From positions 1 through 50,502 of IMG/VR virus record IMGVR_UViG_2806310411_000001: 50,502 nt of DNA. The stretch is one strand, 5' to 3'. Origin of the DNA: a virus. A program made the translations under genes and the position numbers. Positions 8,094 to 15,105 of the stretch are shown piece by piece. The first letter of the stretch is position 1. Every line of letters starts with the position of its first letter. The notes under the pieces are model-generated. The model did not search any database, was not told the DNA's origin, and saw only the letters and a list, made by a program, of their open reading frames with translations.

Positions 8094-9437
8094 CTAAGAA
8101 AAAAGACGCGAAAGATCCCGCGCCTTCCGGGCGTTGGTGGATTGAATGTCGCTGTCGATCGACCCCGGCAAGCTGGCGAACCTGGCCAGTGTCGAGACCG
8201 ATTTATTGACATTCACGACGCGGTGCGCGCACTGGTCGTTGTTTCCCGGCACCCAATCGGCCTCAATGAAGATGACCTGGTCGGCTGCGGAGAGGTCGAT
8301 GGCTTCGCCGGTCGCGATGATCTGACCGATGCAGCCGAATACCTTGTGATCCTTCATGAACGCGTCGCGGCGCTCGTCGCGCTGCGCCGGCGAGTTCCGG
8401 CCATCAATGACCACGCATTTGCGCGGGAACGCCTTGGCCAGTGCGTCGATGACCTCGTGATGCCATGCGAAGACGACGACCTTGTCGAGACCGTCCTCGA
8501 ACTGTTCCTTCAGCCACGCGGCGAACGGCGCCACCTTGGCCAGGCCGGTGAGGCGGCGCAGGTGGGGGCCGATGGCCTTCTCGATCTCGGCAAGCACCGC
8601 GTCGTGCTCGTCTTCATTCTCAGCGCGGGCCAGCCGCCCTTTGAACTCGACCATCAACGCGTCGCGCTCAAGCGCCTTCAGCTCGGACAGGTTGTCGGCA
8701 GCGTCGAGTTCCAAGGTGTCGTAGACGATCTCCGGCATCCCGGGCCGCACGTCCTGCAAGGACCGCCGCAACATCCGCGGAGCCAGCCGACGCTTCAGGT
8801 CCTCGGCATTCTTGTTGCCGATGATGGGACCGAGCCCGAAGGGAGTGTTCTTCCGCCGGCAGTATTTGGCCTCGAACGTCGAGCGCGACATCGGCTTGCC
8901 GTTCACACCGAGGATCGTCTCCGGCATCACAGCGCGCATCATCGGCCAGAGCTCGCCGTAATGATTTGGGGCGGGTGTGCCGTCGAGGCAGAACACCAAC
9001 GGAACGCCCTCGACCAAGCCGCCGTCGCCGTCGCACTTCTCGCCGTAGAGCGCCTGGGTCCGGCCACTGTCGTGTTCCTTGGCCCGCTTGCACTCATCGG
9101 GCGCGATCGCGTCCCAGCCGTGCCACTGAAGGCGCTGGCGCAGCGCGCCGGTCGCGAGCGACCAGCTCGTGATGACGACGCCAGAGGTCGGAATATCGTC
9201 GTGCACCGAGTAGATCGGAGTGACCTTGCGCTTGATCTTCTGGAAGCCGCGCCACGCCTTCGCGTGATCGCGCCGCGCCGAACCGGTGGTAATCTCGAGC
9301 ACGTCCTCGGCGCCGGCGACATCGGCCGCGTGAATCATAGATCCGGTCTTCCCGACCCGCGGTTTGTCCGCGAGCAGGCCACGCTTCACGCGCGCCAGGA
9401 AGCGGCCGCCCTCGATCTGGTAATCGAAGAATTCCAC
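8094..9437 (-). CDS. SNF2/DEAD-like family helicase
   Basis: Walker A-like DKPRVGKTG, a DExx box (APDECKRAK), and a C-terminal helicase domain (VVFAWHHEVIDAL...GQIIATGEAIDL). Confidence 0.75.
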   Translation of the reverse strand: MEFFDYQIEGGRFLARVKRGLLADKPRVGKTGSMIHAADVAGAEDVLEITTGSARRDHAKAWRGFQKIKRKVTPIYSVHDDIPTSGVVITSWSLATGALRQRLQWHGWDAIAPDECKRAKEHDSGRTQALYGEKCDGDGGLVEGVPLVFCLDGTPAPNHYGELWPMMRAVMPETILGVNGKPMSRSTFEAKYCRRKNTPFGLGPIIGNKNAEDLKRRLAPRMLRRSLQDVRPGMPEIVYDTLELDAADNLSELKALERDALMVEFKGRLARAENEDEHDAVLAEIEKAIGPHLRRLTGLAKVAPFAAWLKEQFEDGLDKVVVFAWHHEVIDALAKAFPRKCVVIDGRNSPAQRDERRDAFMKDHKVFGCIGQIIATGEAIDLSAADQVIFIEADWVPGNNDQCAHRVVNVNKSVSTLARFASLPGSIDSDIQSTNARKARDLSRLFS

Positions 9438-9679
9438 TAGTCGACCTCCACGCCGAATGTCGCCAGCTTGGCCACGATCGCCTTTTCGCCCTCGGCCATG
9501 GCGTTGAGAACGATCTGGCGGGGCAGGGAGGTGCGAATTTCCAGGTAATCGGGATCGACGACGAGCTCGATGCTCTGCTTCCTGGACGACTTTACCGAGC
9601 TGATCTCCGAGCGGAGATTCTTCAGCTCTTCAGCCGCGGCCTGGATGTCGGTGAGCTTGACGAGAGGAACGAGAGGCAT
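9437..9679 (-). CDS. hypothetical protein (80 aa)
   Basis: ATG at 9679 with GGAG 7 nt upstream. The track ORF extends to 9721. Confidence 0.45.
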   Translation of the reverse strand: MPLVPLVKLTDIQAAAEELKNLRSEISSVKSSRKQSIELVVDPDYLEIRTSLPRQIVLNAMAEGEKAIVAKLATFGVEVD

Positions 9680-9729
9680 GCGAACTCCAACGATGTGCGA
9701 ATCAATACTCTCTAAACCCACAATCTCCG

Positions 9730-10194
9730 CTACAAAAGAGCCGCCGCGAGGGGACCGTCCTCAATGTATAGCAGCAGCGCGATCGCATCGGCCTCGTTGT
9801 CGTCGGCCGGCGAGAACCCGAACTTCCTGACAGCCGCGATCACGGCGCCCTTGCCGGCGTTGCCCTTGCCGGTGACGAATTTCTTGATCTTCTGGACGCC
9901 GACGCCGGCGTAGGGGATGTTGTGGAGCTCGCAGAACGTCATCAGCACGGCGCGGAGCCCGGCATATACCTGGCCTGCGTAATGCCCCTTGTGGGCCTGG
10001 ACGTCCTCGTAGAACACACCGGTGATCGGGCACTTCTCATGCATCTCGTACAGCCACGCGCGGAAGCGTACGAAGCGCATGCCGGCGCCCTCGTGACGGT
10101 CGCCGCTCAGATCAAGCGACCCGCTGACCGTCGCCCCGTTGGCACGCATGCACCAGCCTGTGGTCGTGCCGATGTCGATTGTGAGGATGCCCAT
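9730..10194 (-). CDS. RuvC-like Holliday junction resolvase
   Basis: ILTIDIGTTTGW (first catalytic Asp region) and DDNEADAIALLL (C-terminal acidic motif). Confidence 0.75.
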   Translation of the reverse strand: MGILTIDIGTTTGWCMRANGATVSGSLDLSGDRHEGAGMRFVRFRAWLYEMHEKCPITGVFYEDVQAHKGHYAGQVYAGLRAVLMTFCELHNIPYAGVGVQKIKKFVTGKGNAGKGAVIAAVRKFGFSPADDNEADAIALLLYIEDGPLAAALL

Positions 10195-10241
10195 TGTGTA
10201 CCCGCCCTTCCAATGTGAGACCTGTAAACTGCGATGCTTTG

Positions 10242-10270
10242 ACGATATTCCGAAGATAAGAACGAAGCAA
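10242..10270 (-). promoter_or_regulatory. candidate sigma70-type promoter TTGCTT-N17-TATCGT for the RuvC-to-SprT operon
   Basis: Read on the minus strand in the 107-nt gap between the dNMP kinase and RuvC genes. Confidence 0.3.
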
Positions 10271-10301
10271 GAACAATTTTCGGGCTAGGCGAAAACTTCC
10301 G

Positions 10302-10853
10302 CTAGACCGAAAACCCCAACACGGCCTTCACGGCGTGCTGCAACTCAAAGGGCGTGCCGTTGTTGTCGATCTCGAGGTCGGCAGGCAGCTTGCCGATTCC
10401 CGTTTCAGAAGAATGATTTGAGAAGGTGTCCTCAGGGACGCGTTGAGATGCGTCAACCCGTACAACTTTACCTTCCATCTCGTGGATCTTGGCGCACTCG
10501 TTTTCGAAGCGCACGTCGGGCACCACAACCTTGTCGTGCAGCGAGGCACGGCGCCGGAGGCTGTCCGTCCAGAGGTCCTGGTCGATCAGGTCACGGCCCC
10601 ACTCGGTCCCGAGCGTCTGCATGGCGTGCCGCGGCGTCTTGCCGTTGAGATAGATGCAGGGGTGTTCCTTGAGGTCGCCCTCGAGCCGGCGCTCGATCTC
10701 GGACGGCACCAGGTCGTGCGCCTGGTAGAAGGCGCGCAGCATGGCCTTGAGCGGATCGGCGAAACGGACGATCTTGAAACCGTTGAGCACGAGTTCCCGT
10801 GCGACGGAGTCCTTGCCGTGCCGCTTGCGGCCGGTGATGCCGATGACCTGCAT
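10302..10853 (-). CDS. deoxynucleoside monophosphate kinase-like P-loop protein
   Basis: P-loop GITGRKRHGKDS. The overall pattern resembles phage dNMP kinases (LGTEWGRD, DVRFENE). Confidence 0.65.
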   Translation of the reverse strand: MQVIGITGRKRHGKDSVARELVLNGFKIVRFADPLKAMLRAFYQAHDLVPSEIERRLEGDLKEHPCIYLNGKTPRHAMQTLGTEWGRDLIDQDLWTDSLRRRASLHDKVVVPDVRFENECAKIHEMEGKVVRVDASQRVPEDTFSNHSSETGIGKLPADLEIDNNGTPFELQHAVKAVLGFSV

Positions 10854-10856
10854 TCC

Positions 10857-11048
10857 CTATCCCTGCGATTCCATCCAGGCTCGAACGCGCTCCTCGGTCG
10901 CGAGGCGAACCTTGCGACCCTTGCGGAGCGTGTTCACGAACTTGGTGTCCCCCGCCGCGAGCACGCCAAACCGCGTCGCGGACAGACCGTTCGCCTTCAG
11001 GAAGGCTTCCACGTCGTCCAGCAGGGTTGGCTTTGTTCGGGCGTCCAT
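10857..11048 (-). CDS. small putative DNA-binding protein (63 aa), first gene of the leftward operon
   Basis: MDARTKPTLLDDVEAFLKANGLSATRFGVLAAGDTKFVNTLRKGR... Only the 3-prime end of track ORF 10857..11825 is used. It is divergent from the winged-helix gene. Confidence 0.5.
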   Translation of the reverse strand: MDARTKPTLLDDVEAFLKANGLSATRFGVLAAGDTKFVNTLRKGRKVRLATEERVRAWMESQG

Positions 11049-11068
11049 GAAATCGACATTCTCACAGA

Positions 11069-11138
11069 ACCCGACAATTGACAAGGGGATATTTTTCTGC
11101 GCTTGATGTGTCGGGTTTAGAGATCGCGGCACCAGACA
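11069..11138. promoter_or_regulatory. switch-region operator cluster
   Basis: ACCCGACA (11069..11076), near-palindrome GACAATTGAC (11073..11082), TTGACAAGGGGA (11078..11089), TGTCGGGTTTAGAGAT (11109..11124) and ACCAGACA (11131..11138). The last two form an inverted pair with a 14-nt spacer. Confidence 0.55.
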
Positions 11139-11166
11139 ATGCCGCTTCAACGCAGACGGAGCGCAC

Positions 11167-11580
11167 ATGCAGGAAATCGACCGGACCCCTGTTTTCATAG
11201 AGCGGAGGCCTTCCATCCCGTTCGCCGCGATCGGCGGCCGGATCGGCCGGACAAACCCGACAGCGGGCGAGGGGTGTCCTTGCTGCGGCGCAGCGATGAA
11301 CCGCCCGAAGGCGTTCGTCGACTTCAACAGCCACCACCTGATCCTGGGCAACAAGACAGTCGCGCTGAGCCCGTTCGAGGCACGGCTCGCCGACATCCTC
11401 GTGCGTCGCGCACCCGGCGCCGTGACGTACGACGCCATCATCATGCACGCCTGGGACGAGGAACCCGAGGACGCGCTGGCCGCGCTGAAAACCCACATAG
11501 TCCACCTGAAGCGCAAGGCGGCATTGTTGGGTATAAAGATCGTTAATGTCCACTCCGTTGGATACCGGGTGGTGATCTGA
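11167..11580 (+). CDS. OmpR/PhoB-type winged-helix DNA-binding protein without a receiver domain
   Basis: The C-terminal region LSPFEARLADILVRR...THIVHLKRKA...VHSVGYRVV matches the Trans_reg_C pattern. An alternative start lies at 11299. Confidence 0.65.
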   Translation: MQEIDRTPVFIERRPSIPFAAIGGRIGRTNPTAGEGCPCCGAAMNRPKAFVDFNSHHLILGNKTVALSPFEARLADILVRRAPGAVTYDAIIMHAWDEEPEDALAALKTHIVHLKRKAALLGIKIVNVHSVGYRVVI

Positions 11581-11756
11581 TGGAACGCAACTTCACGGTG
11601 ACGTGCATACGGCCAGACGCAGATGCGGTCGTTGCGCGCGAAGAAACGCTCCATTCCCTCCTCGACGGCCGCGCCAGGTGGCCAGACGGCACGCCGCGAC
11701 AAATTAGCACGCCGTATTACGAGCGCCTCAAGCAGAAGGAGCGCGATCGTGGCTGA
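11580..11756 (+). CDS. hypothetical protein (58 aa, below the track cutoff)
   Basis: ATG overlaps the stop of the upstream gene (TGATG). MERNFTVTCIRPDADAVVAREETLHSLL... Confidence 0.35.
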   Translation: MERNFTVTCIRPDADAVVAREETLHSLLDGRARWPDGTPRQISTPYYERLKQKERDRG

Positions 11757-11910
11757 GCCGGCAATCGCAGACATCGATCGCTGCATCGAAACGATCGAGA
11801 AATCCGAGAAGCGCTGGAGCGGCAACGCGCAGTATCGAAAGTTCCTTGAGACGGAACTGTTCTGCTTGCGCGAGGTGAGGGCGCGGCTAGTCGTCGTTCA
11901 GGGAGAATAG
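11749..11910 (+). CDS. hypothetical protein (53 aa)
   Basis: GTG start overlaps the upstream stop (GTGGCTGA). This is the C-terminal part of track ORF 11623..11910. Confidence 0.35.
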   Translation: MAEPAIADIDRCIETIEKSEKRWSGNAQYRKFLETELFCLREVRARLVVVQGE

Positions 11911-11915
11911 CCGAC

Positions 11916-12107
11916 ATGCCGTTCGGCAAATTCATCTTCGAGTGCGACACCGACAATTTCGATGACGCGGTCTTCGCGGCAAGGGAGCTGATGGAAAGCT
12001 CCGAGAAGAGCTGCATGATCACGTCCAAGGTCGATGGTCGTCCGGCGGTCTGCATGTTCGGCCGGAAGCTCAAGCGCAGCATCAGCGTCAAACAGGTGAA
12101 ACCATGA
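11916..12107 (+). CDS. hypothetical protein (63 aa)
   Basis: Track ORF whose stop overlaps the next start (ATGA). Confidence 0.45.
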   Translation: MPFGKFIFECDTDNFDDAVFAARELMESSEKSCMITSKVDGRPAVCMFGRKLKRSISVKQVKP

Positions 12108-12934
12108 CCGACCGCAACGGAATGGACGAGTGGCAGGATAAAGAAAACGATCGTCTTCGCGCGCTCGGTTCTGCCCAAGATGCGAGCGGGCAACTCCTCG
12201 CGCTTTTCGAGGACCATTACTGGGATAGCCTTGAGAAGGACAAAGATATCGTCCTTCTGCACGTAAAATCAGTTTTAAGGGCCGCTTCGCAAGGAGCATT
12301 TGCTGGAAGTGATATCGCCAGCGACGAACGTGACGTATCGGGTCATGCCGAGATCCAGCGTTCGGAACCGGGCAAAGCCGGTGTGGACGGTTCGATTCCG
12401 TCGCGGTCCACCATTCAAAATGCTGCCGACCTGCTTCAGGTGGAGTTGGATAAGCTCGACGCGCCGATCACCTATACGGCGTGCATGGCACTTTCCGAGA
12501 AGCTGGCCGCAGCCCTTCGCACTCCGGCAGAGAGCAAGCCTCTGTCTTGGGAGCAGGTAGGCTGGCTTCGCGACTATGACGTCGAGGGCGAGGAAGTTAC
12601 AGAAATTTGCGATGAAGGTGACCCCGGAGCATACGCCATCTACCGCCTGACCGAGACGAACACGCAGCTTGTCGAACAGGTCGAGGATGCTTCGGCCTGT
12701 GCTCAGTTTGTGAAGTGGGCTCTGCAAGAGGGCCCATGGCAGGGCGGCGATCTCGACGGCGGCAGCATCCAAGACAAGGCTGAAGAACTCTGCCTTATCC
12801 AGAAGGTGCCATACGACCCCAAGAAGCACGGCGAGAGCGAGTTCGGGGCCGAACCTGGCGACGATTGGTACGTGCTCAGCGACGCTGTCGCCGGGCTGTC
12901 GAACTCATCGACTGTGATCGGAGGTGGGAAGTGA
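12104..12934 (+). CDS. hypothetical protein (276 aa), lower-GC region
   Basis: Long ORF with normal amino-acid composition. I recognise no motif. Confidence 0.6.
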   Translation: MTDRNGMDEWQDKENDRLRALGSAQDASGQLLALFEDHYWDSLEKDKDIVLLHVKSVLRAASQGAFAGSDIASDERDVSGHAEIQRSEPGKAGVDGSIPSRSTIQNAADLLQVELDKLDAPITYTACMALSEKLAAALRTPAESKPLSWEQVGWLRDYDVEGEEVTEICDEGDPGAYAIYRLTETNTQLVEQVEDASACAQFVKWALQEGPWQGGDLDGGSIQDKAEELCLIQKVPYDPKKHGESEFGAEPGDDWYVLSDAVAGLSNSSTVIGGGK

Positions 12935-13284
12935 CTTGGAAGCTAAAGCGCACCGCGCAGTGTGAGAAATGCCCATGGCGCGTTGACGTGGACCCGCACG
13001 ATATTCCGAACGGGTATTGCGAGCGGAAGCACGCCGCGCTGGCAGAAACAATTGCGATTCCTGGCGACTTCCGCGGCTCCGGCAAGGCAATGGCCTGTCA
13101 TGAGACGCATGATGCACACTGTATCGGCTGGCTGATGAACCAGCTTGGCGCCGGCAACAACATCGGCCTGCGACTCCGAATGATCACTTGCGAAAATGCC
13201 GGGAAAATCCGCCTTAAGGGCGAGCAGCACCCCACGTTTGAGGACACGCTGCCGCTTTCTTCAACTGAACGCGAGGCAAAATGA
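12931..13284 (+). CDS. Cys/His-rich hypothetical protein
   Basis: GTGA overlap with the upstream stop, preceded by GGAGG. CEKCPWR...CERKH...CHETHDAHC suggests metal binding. Confidence 0.55.
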   Translation: MTWKLKRTAQCEKCPWRVDVDPHDIPNGYCERKHAALAETIAIPGDFRGSGKAMACHETHDAHCIGWLMNQLGAGNNIGLRLRMITCENAGKIRLKGEQHPTFEDTLPLSSTEREAK

Positions 13285-13535
13285 CCCAGATCCAAACGGG
13301 ACAGATTTGGCGCCACAAGAAGCGCGGTCATCTTTACGAGATCGTAGCCATTGACGCCATGATCCAGTTGTCTTCGATCGGCGACGATGAAGTCGCGGAG
13401 GTCTTGGAAGGCGAAGACTGGATCGCCTATCGGCCGGTCGATGGCTACCGCCTGTTCTTTCGAATGCGAGATGAGTTTTTAGACGGCAGATTTGAGCACT
13501 CTCCGCATATACGGCAGCCAGGCGAGGCCGAATGA
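13281..13535 (+). CDS. DUF1653-like protein
   Basis: GQIWRHKKRGHLYEIVAI...IAYRPVDGYRLFFRMRDEF resembles the DUF1653 pattern. Confidence 0.5.
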   Translation: MTQIQTGQIWRHKKRGHLYEIVAIDAMIQLSSIGDDEVAEVLEGEDWIAYRPVDGYRLFFRMRDEFLDGRFEHSPHIRQPGEAE

Positions 13536-14353
13536 ATGTCCTCGACCTCTTCAGCGGAATCGGCGGATTTAGTCTCGGGCTCGAAAGAGCCGGAATGCGA
13601 ACAGTCGCCTTTTGCGAGATCAAGCCATTTTGCCGAGCGTTGCTCCGAGAGCGATGGCCACATGTACCATGCTTCGACGATATCACCCGGCTCCGCGAGC
13701 TCAACATCGGTGATATCGACGTCATCTGCGGTGGCTTCCCCTGCCAAGACGTCTCGATCGCAGGAGACCGGGCCGGTCTCGCCGGCGAGCGATCTGGCCT
13801 ATGGGTCGAGATGCGAAGATGCGTTCGCACATTTCGACCCCGCTTCGTCATCGTGGAAAACACAACAGGCCTGCTTAATCTCGGAATGGAAACCGTTATC
13901 GGGGACTTGGCCTCGCTCGGGTATGATGCTGTCTGGCATTGCATCCCGGCTGCCGCCGTTGGTGCAGCGCATCCGCGCGACCGGGTCTGGATTATTGCCC
14001 ACTATCGTGGCCTCGGATGGCCTTACGGCAAGATCGATCACATCGAACACTCGCGCCAAGTCCTTTCGGACATCAACCGGCAGTTGGCGCTATCGCTCGA
14101 ACGGCAGGGAGAGCAGCAATCTAATGCTGACCCGCTCGCTTGCTTTGGAGCTCGAATACCTGACGGGGGTCCAGCAAGGGCCGCTTATGTTGGCGCGGCC
14201 CTTTGCGGAAAACTACATGGGCTTCCCGATCACCTGGACGCTCTTGAAGCACTCGGCAACGCGGTCGTCCCGCAAATCCCGGAAATCATCGGACGGGCAA
14301 TCATGAGCCGTTCGCACATTCCCCACAACCGAGAGCCAGACCCATGTTCGTAA
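13532..14353 (+). CDS. DNA (cytosine-5)-methyltransferase, short phage type
   Basis: Motif I DLFSGIGG. Motif IV GGFPCQDVS. ENT motif. Motif VIII HPRDRVWIIA. Motif X LGNAVVPQIPEIIGRAI. Confidence 0.85.
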   Translation: MNVLDLFSGIGGFSLGLERAGMRTVAFCEIKPFCRALLRERWPHVPCFDDITRLRELNIGDIDVICGGFPCQDVSIAGDRAGLAGERSGLWVEMRRCVRTFRPRFVIVENTTGLLNLGMETVIGDLASLGYDAVWHCIPAAAVGAAHPRDRVWIIAHYRGLGWPYGKIDHIEHSRQVLSDINRQLALSLERQGEQQSNADPLACFGARIPDGGPARAAYVGAALCGKLHGLPDHLDALEALGNAVVPQIPEIIGRAIMSRSHIPHNREPDPCS

Positions 14354-14580
14354 CCGTCGTCGCGGTCCTCTGCCGCTTGAGCTTCCCAACCGACGCCTGC
14401 GTCGAGGAGATCGTCACCGATTCCCACCTCGACAGCACCGTCACGTTCCAGAGCTGCATGATCCACGGCCAGCTCGGCGTCGCCGACTGGATGCAGCACC
14501 ACCCGATCTATCGCGCCAACTGGCGCTTGGATCGCCTCAAATGCGCGCCCGGCCATTACGAGATCAAGGGCCGGGCGTAG
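14344..14580 (+). CDS. hypothetical protein (78 aa) with a hydrophobic N-terminus
   Basis: Track ORF that overlaps the methyltransferase end by 10 nt. Confidence 0.4.
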   Translation: MFVTVVAVLCRLSFPTDACVEEIVTDSHLDSTVTFQSCMIHGQLGVADWMQHHPIYRANWRLDRLKCAPGHYEIKGRA

Positions 14581-14637
14581 CCAACTTTCGATTCTCGTGT
14601 AGACTTTAGCGACCATGTGAACTCCAAGGACCAGACA

Positions 14638-15102
14638 ATGGAGAGCTACAAGCACCGGTTCGCGAAAGAGACGCTGGCCCGGTGGCTCGCCGACCCCGAG
14701 CAGGATCTTGTCGACTTTAGGAACGCGACAGGCGGCGGACATTTTGGTGGCGGCGTTTTCATGGAATACCCGTTCTGCGTCACCGCGAACGACGAATTGC
14801 GGGGGGAGGAATCCTGGCATGAGATCGAAGAACGGTGGGACCCTGATCCGCCTTCTTACGAGGAATGCCTTCGCCTCAATTGGCGGCCGCTCGTGATTTT
14901 CGACGTCGCGCTGCACCACAAAGGTTTTATCTCTGACGCCTTCGAGGTCGTGCACAAGCACGACATTCACGACGACAAGCTGATGTGGATCCACCGCATC
15001 AAGCACGAGACCGGCCTGCGTGCTGTCCGCGGCCTTAGCGCCGACTGGATTTTGAATCAGGTCGGCCGCCCCTCGAAACTCAAAACAATCTGGACGATTT
15101 AG
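14638..15102 (+). CDS. hypothetical protein, possibly a PD-(D/E)XK (CoiA-like) nuclease fold
   Basis: The pattern EYPF...IFDVAL...AFEVVHKH is a weak match only. The track ORF starts at 14617. Confidence 0.4.
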   Translation: MESYKHRFAKETLARWLADPEQDLVDFRNATGGGHFGGGVFMEYPFCVTANDELRGEESWHEIEERWDPDPPSYEECLRLNWRPLVIFDVALHHKGFISDAFEVVHKHDIHDDKLMWIHRIKHETGLRAVRGLSADWILNQVGRPSKLKTIWTI

Positions 15103-15105
15103 CGC

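Noticed and set aside
10857-11825. A 322-aa minus-strand ORF spanning the switch region and the winged-helix gene.
   Set aside because: It would run through the divergent control region and antisense to a motif-bearing gene. Only the terminal 63 codons (10857..11048) are credible.
13536-14306. An apparent double frameshift in the methyltransferase. The alternative frame reads LLPTIVASDG and ENYMGFPITWT, which look like motifs of phage C5 methyltransferases.
   Set aside because: The main frame already gives a complete enzyme. Its C-terminus is typical of short phage methyltransferases (GKLHGLPDHLDALEALGNAVVPQIPEIIGRAI). The LLPT segment uses the same nucleotides as the canonical motif VIII RDRVWIIAH, so both cannot be real. 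A profile alignment would settle it.
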